Source of the DNA: Chloropicon primus
Lineage: Eukaryota
DNA: 64,000 nt
Direction: 5' to 3'
Assembly: GCA_023205875.1 (NCBI GenBank)
Contig: CP060762.1
Span: forward strand, 1-64,000
The notes under the pieces: generated by a model
What the model saw: the letters and a program-made list of their open reading frames with translations, nothing else
What the model was told of the DNA's origin: nothing
The model's database searches: none
Program-made: the position numbers and the translations under genes
Shown: positions 59,388 through 64,000 of the stretch, one piece after another
Position numbering within the stretch: position 1 is the stretch's first letter
Layout of the letters: each line of letters opens with the position of its first letter

Positions 59388-60389
59388 ATGAGCGGGGACT
59401 TGGAGATGGGTTCTGGTTCAGGGGGAGTGGGAGCGCGAGCCGGGGCAGCGGTGGTGTCTCTGCGAAAGGCCGCGTTCCAGAACGTCCTCAAGTCCCAACC
59501 CCTGACGCGGTCGCTCGCTGGACTCGTCCTCATTGGGTTCGTCCTGCAGCTCCTCGTGGGGGATGCATTCCGGAACCTCTTTGCTCTCGTGCCTGCCAAG
59601 GTGATACCCAAGCTGTGGATGCTCATCACAGCGGGACTCGTGGAGGTCAACCCCCTTCAGCTCTTGGTCAACGTCGGGTGCCTCTTCTTCGTCGGGAACT
59701 TGCTCGAACCCCTTTGGGGTTGGAAGGAACTCGCGAAGTTCCTCGTGTTCGTCAATGCCTTGGGGTTCTCCCTGGTCATGGCGACCTACATACTGATATA
59801 TATCTTCGCGAGGACGGTGACTGTGCCGAGCTCGCCGATGATCTTCGCCCAGTTCGGTGGGTTCACGACGAGCGTCGGGGGCCTCTTCGTGGGACTCAAG
59901 CAGGCCCTGCCGGAGGAGGAGTTGAGTGCTGGCCCAGGGTACGCCAGCTTGAGGTTCAAGAACCTGCCGCTGGTGTACCTGGTCCTGTGCCTTGTTGTCA
60001 CCGGGGTGTTTGAGGACGGGAGCATATTCTTCATGGCGCTCTACGGCATCCTGACGGCATTCATTTACCTGAGGAAGTTCCACAAGAGGCCGGACTCGAC
60101 GACGTTGGGCGACCAGTCGGAGAGCATGAGACTCATCTCCTTGTTCCCCGAGGCCGTGCACCCAGCCCTGGAGGTGGTGTCCACGGAGATCACCAAGAAG
60201 ATCTTCTCGGGCAAGGGCGGCAGGGGGACGAGAGCCGGGTCCCTCGGGTCTGGGGACCTTCCGACGACGACTCCGGAGAATCCTGAAGCGGCCAGGAGAA
60301 GGGAGAGGGGAGCTGCGGCGCTGGAGAAGCGCCTCGAGAACATGGCGCAGAGCAGCACGAAGAAAGAGAAGGGGGGAGGAGACGAGTAA
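59388..60389 (+). CDS. TMEM115: TMEM115 / rhomboid-like protein 19 (DUF1751)
   Basis: ALVPAKVIP.LW.LITAG.VE, LLEPLWG.KE..KF, VGLKQ.LPE, YLR.F..GDQSES...SLFPE, EAARRRERGAAALEKRL. Confidence 0.9.
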   Translation: MSGDLEMGSGSGGVGARAGAAVVSLRKAAFQNVLKSQPLTRSLAGLVLIGFVLQLLVGDAFRNLFALVPAKVIPKLWMLITAGLVEVNPLQLLVNVGCLFFVGNLLEPLWGWKELAKFLVFVNALGFSLVMATYILIYIFARTVTVPSSPMIFAQFGGFTTSVGGLFVGLKQALPEEELSAGPGYASLRFKNLPLVYLVLCLVVTGVFEDGSIFFMALYGILTAFIYLRKFHKRPDSTTLGDQSESMRLISLFPEAVHPALEVVSTEITKKIFSGKGGRGTRAGSLGSGDLPTTTPENPEAARRRERGAAALEKRLENMAQSSTKKEKGGGDE

Positions 60390-60517
60390 CCCTCACTAGT
60401 ATATATATATTTTCCCTGTGTCTGTGCCTGTGTGTGCGTGTGCATTGAACTTTGTTTACAGATGACATAATACTTTTCACAAGTAGGTAGTCAAGAAATA
60501 ATCACTTCGAGTATTGT

Positions 60518-62185
60518 TCAGTACCTACTGAACTGCCTCTTGTCGTTCGGGTTTCTCGGTCTCGTGTAATTGAGCTGGGAGGACACGTGCTTCATCTTCT
60601 TCCTGGCCTTTCCAGCCTTGCTCTCCACGTTGATGTTCACCTTGGGGGGTATGGAGAAACCAAAGGACTTGGCGGCGAGGGCCAGATCAAGCTGGTGCAC
60701 GTTGTAAACATCCTTCAGGTGGTGCGAGTTATAGGCCAGCAGGTAGGATCTGTAAGCATTCTTCGCGCTCTGCCTCAGGTAGTAGTTCTTCTCGATGAGC
60801 TTCTCGAGCTGGGACTGGACGTTGCTGATCTTGCTCTTGGGGTACTCGTACTCGTTGAGGGGCACCTTGGCGTTTCTGAGGTACCTCAAGAACCCGATCT
60901 CCTCGGGAAGGAGGAAGAGGAGCGCCTTTCCTTTCCCCTTGGTCCCTCTCGCGGTACGACCGACACGGTGAATGTACTCCTTTGGGTCATCAGGCGGGTC
61001 GAACTGGATGATCCAGTCCACCTGAGGGATGTCCAGCCCTCTCGCGGCCACGTCCGTGCACAGCAGGATGCCCTGCTTGGCGGAGCAAAACTCGAAGAAA
61101 GTGGCCGTCCTCTTGGTCTGCTTCTGGTTGCCGTGAATGTCCTTCACGGCAATGTCCACGTAGTTCAACAACTCGGCGTGGAACTTGACGGAGTTGCAGG
61201 AGGAAAAGAACACCATGATCTTCTTCTTCTTCATGTTCCTCTTGAGGAAGGAGAACAGGAGCAAGAAGCGCTGCTCGGACGGGGTCACGCAGTAGCCCTG
61301 CTGGATCCCGCTGGCCGTCGACTCCTTCCTGTCGTCGTCCACCCCAACGTAAATGGGGGACTTCTTGAAGGAGAGCTTGGCCAAGTCGCTGACCTTGTTT
61401 GTCTGCGTCGCGGAGAAGAGGCAGGTCTGCCTGTCCTTGGGCAAGAGCTTGATGATCTGCTTCATCTCTTCCTCGAAACCAATGTCAAGAATCCTGTCGG
61501 CCTCGTCAATGACGAGGGCCTGGAGGTTCTTGAAGTTGAAGCTCGGGGTGTTCTGCAGGTGGTCCAGCAGCCTTCCGGGCGTGCACACGAGCAAATTCAC
61601 TCCCCTCGCCAGCTTCTCGGCCTCCGTCTTCCTGTTGGACCCGCCCATCACCAGACCGAAGGTCTGCGAGTGGTGGCCCGACATGAGTTCGTCGCACACG
61701 CCATACGTCTGGAGGGCGAGCTCCCTGGTCGGGGAGATGATGATCACCCCGGCGCCGTTCCGCGGCAGGAACCTCGCGTGGTGCAGGAGCTCGGCGCAGG
61801 GGACGAGGAACGCCAGCGTCTTTCCAGAACCCGTCCTCGCCGCAGCCAGGACGTCCTTCCCCTTGAGAAGCAAGGGGATGGTCCTCGCCTGGACCTCCGT
61901 CATCGTCTCAAACCCCATGGCCTTGATGGATTCCCTCGTCTGCTTCGACAGCGTCTCGATGGAGTCGAACCGAGCGCTCGAGAGGATCCCTCCGTGGGAC
62001 GAAGACTCTCCACCGGCTGGTGCCTCGCCCCCGCCATCCTCCTCCTCCTGAGGCTGCACCCCAGGGACCTCGTTTCCCTGTTCGTCGTCGTGTTCGTGTT
62101 CTTCTTCGTCCCTCTCCTTCCTCTTCCTCTCCTTCTCCTTCTTCTTCTTCTTCCTACTCAGGATCTTCTGCGCGTCTGTCTTCAT
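60518..62185 (-). CDS. HAS1: DEAD-box RNA helicase HAS1/DDX18
   Basis: [72 protein letters not shown]. Confidence 0.97.
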   Translation of the reverse strand: MKTDAQKILSRKKKKKEKERKRKERDEEEHEHDDEQGNEVPGVQPQEEEDGGGEAPAGGESSSHGGILSSARFDSIETLSKQTRESIKAMGFETMTEVQARTIPLLLKGKDVLAAARTGSGKTLAFLVPCAELLHHARFLPRNGAGVIIISPTRELALQTYGVCDELMSGHHSQTFGLVMGGSNRKTEAEKLARGVNLLVCTPGRLLDHLQNTPSFNFKNLQALVIDEADRILDIGFEEEMKQIIKLLPKDRQTCLFSATQTNKVSDLAKLSFKKSPIYVGVDDDRKESTASGIQQGYCVTPSEQRFLLLFSFLKRNMKKKKIMVFFSSCNSVKFHAELLNYVDIAVKDIHGNQKQTKRTATFFEFCSAKQGILLCTDVAARGLDIPQVDWIIQFDPPDDPKEYIHRVGRTARGTKGKGKALLFLLPEEIGFLRYLRNAKVPLNEYEYPKSKISNVQSQLEKLIEKNYYLRQSAKNAYRSYLLAYNSHHLKDVYNVHQLDLALAAKSFGFSIPPKVNINVESKAGKARKKMKHVSSQLNYTRPRNPNDKRQFSRY

Positions 62186-62641
62186 CCTGCCCTCTCCCTC
62201 CTCCTCTCCTCTCTCTCTCTCCTCTCCTCTCCTCGTCCTCCGCCGCCTCCTCGCCGTCTCCCGCCCAAACACACACACACGATCACGATCACCGCGACCA
62301 CGACGACGAGGACGACGACGACCGCGACCACGACGACGACGACGACGACGACGAGGAGGAGGAGGAGGGTGAGTGAAGGAGGAGGGGACAGGCGGAAGCG
62401 GCGCCGCGTTCTCTTTCGAACGAACCCGAACAACACCAACAACGTGACGTGACGTGACGTGACGTGACGAACAGAAGAGGAAGAGGAAGAGGAAGAGGAA
62501 GAGGATGAGAGGGTGAAGAGGTTTTGTGAGGAGGGACTGTGAGTCTGACGGGAGGTTTCGTTCGTTCTCTTGGTTGGAAGATAGGCAGGAAAACTCTTGA
62601 CGAGGACGAAAACAGCGGAGAGGGGACACTAGCAACACTGC

Positions 62642-62981
62642 ATGGTGGAGGTCCCGCACTTCGGGCGATACCTGGTAGGCGTTCTGGTGATGGTAACGGG
62701 AGTCGTAAGTGAAAAATACGAACGAAGGGGGTTGGCAGACTCCGCAAGGGCGGGAGGTCGTGCCAGGGGGTCTCGTCCACCATCACCCTGTGCGTGCGTG
62801 CGTGCGTGCGTGTGTGTGTGTGTGGAGGGAGGGAGGAAGGGGGCCGTGTCTGACCTCGTGGCTCGTGTCTGACCTCGTGTTGGTGCGCTTTCTTTCCCAT
62901 TTCCTTCTCCAGTTGGTGCCATTGATTCTGGGTATGCTAAAGTTTAGAAGAACGCCTGTGAGACAGATCGCGAGAGCATAG
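62642..62981 (+). CDS. Predicted 43-aa single-pass membrane microprotein; exons 62642-62704, 62913-62981
   Basis: Consensus GTAAGT donor, duplicated CTGAC branch point, pyrimidine tract and CAG acceptor. Spliced product [43 protein letters not shown] has one continuous TM helix across the junction and a basic tail. Confidence 0.6.
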
Positions 62982-63056
62982 AGAGGCACAAGCCTGTTGT
63001 AGTTGCAGAGCACGAAGAAGGAGAACGGAGCGGAGAGCGCGAGGGAGAACGACGAT

Positions 63057-63490
63057 ATGAAGCTGGAAGTCAGAGCCGAGTGGCGTGTCGCGGATGACGC
63101 CTGCGAGAGTGGTGTCCAAAAGTATCAGTACCAGTCCAACTGCGGTGAGTGCGGATTCCGGACGAGTGCAGGCGGGAGCAGAATGCATCCTGCCCCCGGC
63201 CCCCGTCGTCTGTCTGCCTGCATGTCTTTGCTGACACGCTAACGCTCTCGCTTTTTTGTTTCGCGCTTCTCTCGTGCACCCTTCCTTCCCACCGCATTCC
63301 CCCACCAGACCAATTGCACGAGTCGTTCAAGTACTTGAAGACCGAGAGCAACCGTCTGCTGACCGCCTGGATGAGCGGCAAGAAGATGAAAGTCGAGGAA
63401 ATCGACGTCTTGGAGGAGAAGGTCGAGGACGAGGAGGACGAGGCTGAAGCGAACCCCGCGTCCCCTGACGCGAAGAAGCAAAAGACCTGA
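63057..63490 (+). CDS. Predicted 89-aa GON7-like (KEOPS/EKC fifth subunit) protein; exons 63057-63144, 63309-63490
   Basis: GTGAGT..GCTAAC..CCAG intron rejoins in frame (G|AC). Product MKLEVRAEW..CDQLHESFKYLKTESNRLLTAWM..EDEEDE..PDAKKQKT. Confidence 0.65.
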
Positions 63491-63720
63491 GTGACGTAAT
63501 TATTAGTTCGATGCATACATGCATACAGAGAGAGAAAGAAAAAGAGAGTGTATATACCATTCTTAGCATCACTTACGCCCTTGTGTCCCGTCTTCCCCCC
63601 CCACCATCAAGTCCCTAGTCCTGGTCTTCTCCACCGCTTTCCACATTCCCCTGAGCACCACCATCACGAAGGAGCCCCTCCTCCGGTACAAGTGCTGCCA
63701 GTGGTCCCCCAGATTCCCCA

Positions 63721-63789
63721 TCCTCCTCCTCCTCGCGCCATCCTCCTCCTCCTCGCGCCATCCTCCTCCTCCTCGCGCCATCCTCCTCG
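63721..63789. repeat. 20-bp tandem repeat tcctcctcctcctcgcgcca x3 plus a partial copy
   Basis: Three exact copies at 63721, 63741 and 63761. Confidence 0.9.
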
Positions 63790-64000
63790 CCCCTCCGCTT
63801 GGGAGTGATGAGTAATTCGATCCTTGGACGGAGGGAGAAGACCCGCGGAGGGAAAGGAAGGAAGGAAGGGAGGAAGGAAAGGCGACGGTAACCGAGGGGA
63901 GGGAGAAGGTCGGTCGGTCGCCTCTCGAGTCCGCGCCACAATAAGCGTCCTCGTCTCTTGCTCCTTCCTCTTGCGCAGAGTCAGAGACAGAGAGACAGAG

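Noticed and set aside
63569..63941. Minus-strand gene fragment at the window end, including a TGA-W-W-C (UxxC-like) reading
   Set aside because: The frames are dominated by the 20-bp tandem repeat. No thioredoxin-like context or SECIS is visible; this cannot be resolved without downstream sequence.
1..64000. Mobile elements, CRISPR arrays, tRNA or rRNA genes
   Set aside because: No transposase, RT or integrase motifs, terminal repeats, spacer arrays, cloverleafs or rRNA signatures were recognised by eye.

Overview
Left end of a eukaryotic chromosome. It opens with about 350 bp of (CCTAAAA)n telomere (TTTTAGG on the G-rich strand), followed by about 1 kb of subtelomere and then a very gene-dense, intron-poor, GC-rich arm with about 31 protein-coding genes. 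Plastid-targeted genes (VTE4, LipB, GC1/SulA), TGTAA poly(A) signals, short GT-AG introns with CTGAC/CTAAC branch points and the TTTTAGG telomere point to a streamlined green alga; Chloropicon is my inference and was not verified. Most genes are housekeeping: SYP81, squalene epoxidase, KDSR/TSC10, SPB1, RPA43, COPT, GPN2, SAP30BP, TMEM115 and HAS1. Highlights: (1) an intronless class C (GABA-B-like) GPCR with a periplasmic-binding-protein-like Venus-flytrap domain, lying between two flagellar central-pair genes (CCDC180/FAP76 and CFAP47); (2) a spliced 89-aa GON7-like (KEOPS) ORF only 75 nt downstream of a spliced 43-aa membrane-peptide ORF, a candidate bicistronic locus the ORF track does not show; (3) a PEX8-like protein ending in a PTS1; (4) a VPS13B-like bridge lipid-transfer protein; (5) a secreted Cys-rich/EPDR-like/DOMON fusion protein; (6) an OSBP-related protein with a degenerate PI4P signature. 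All family calls come from motif recognition by eye; no database searches were run.
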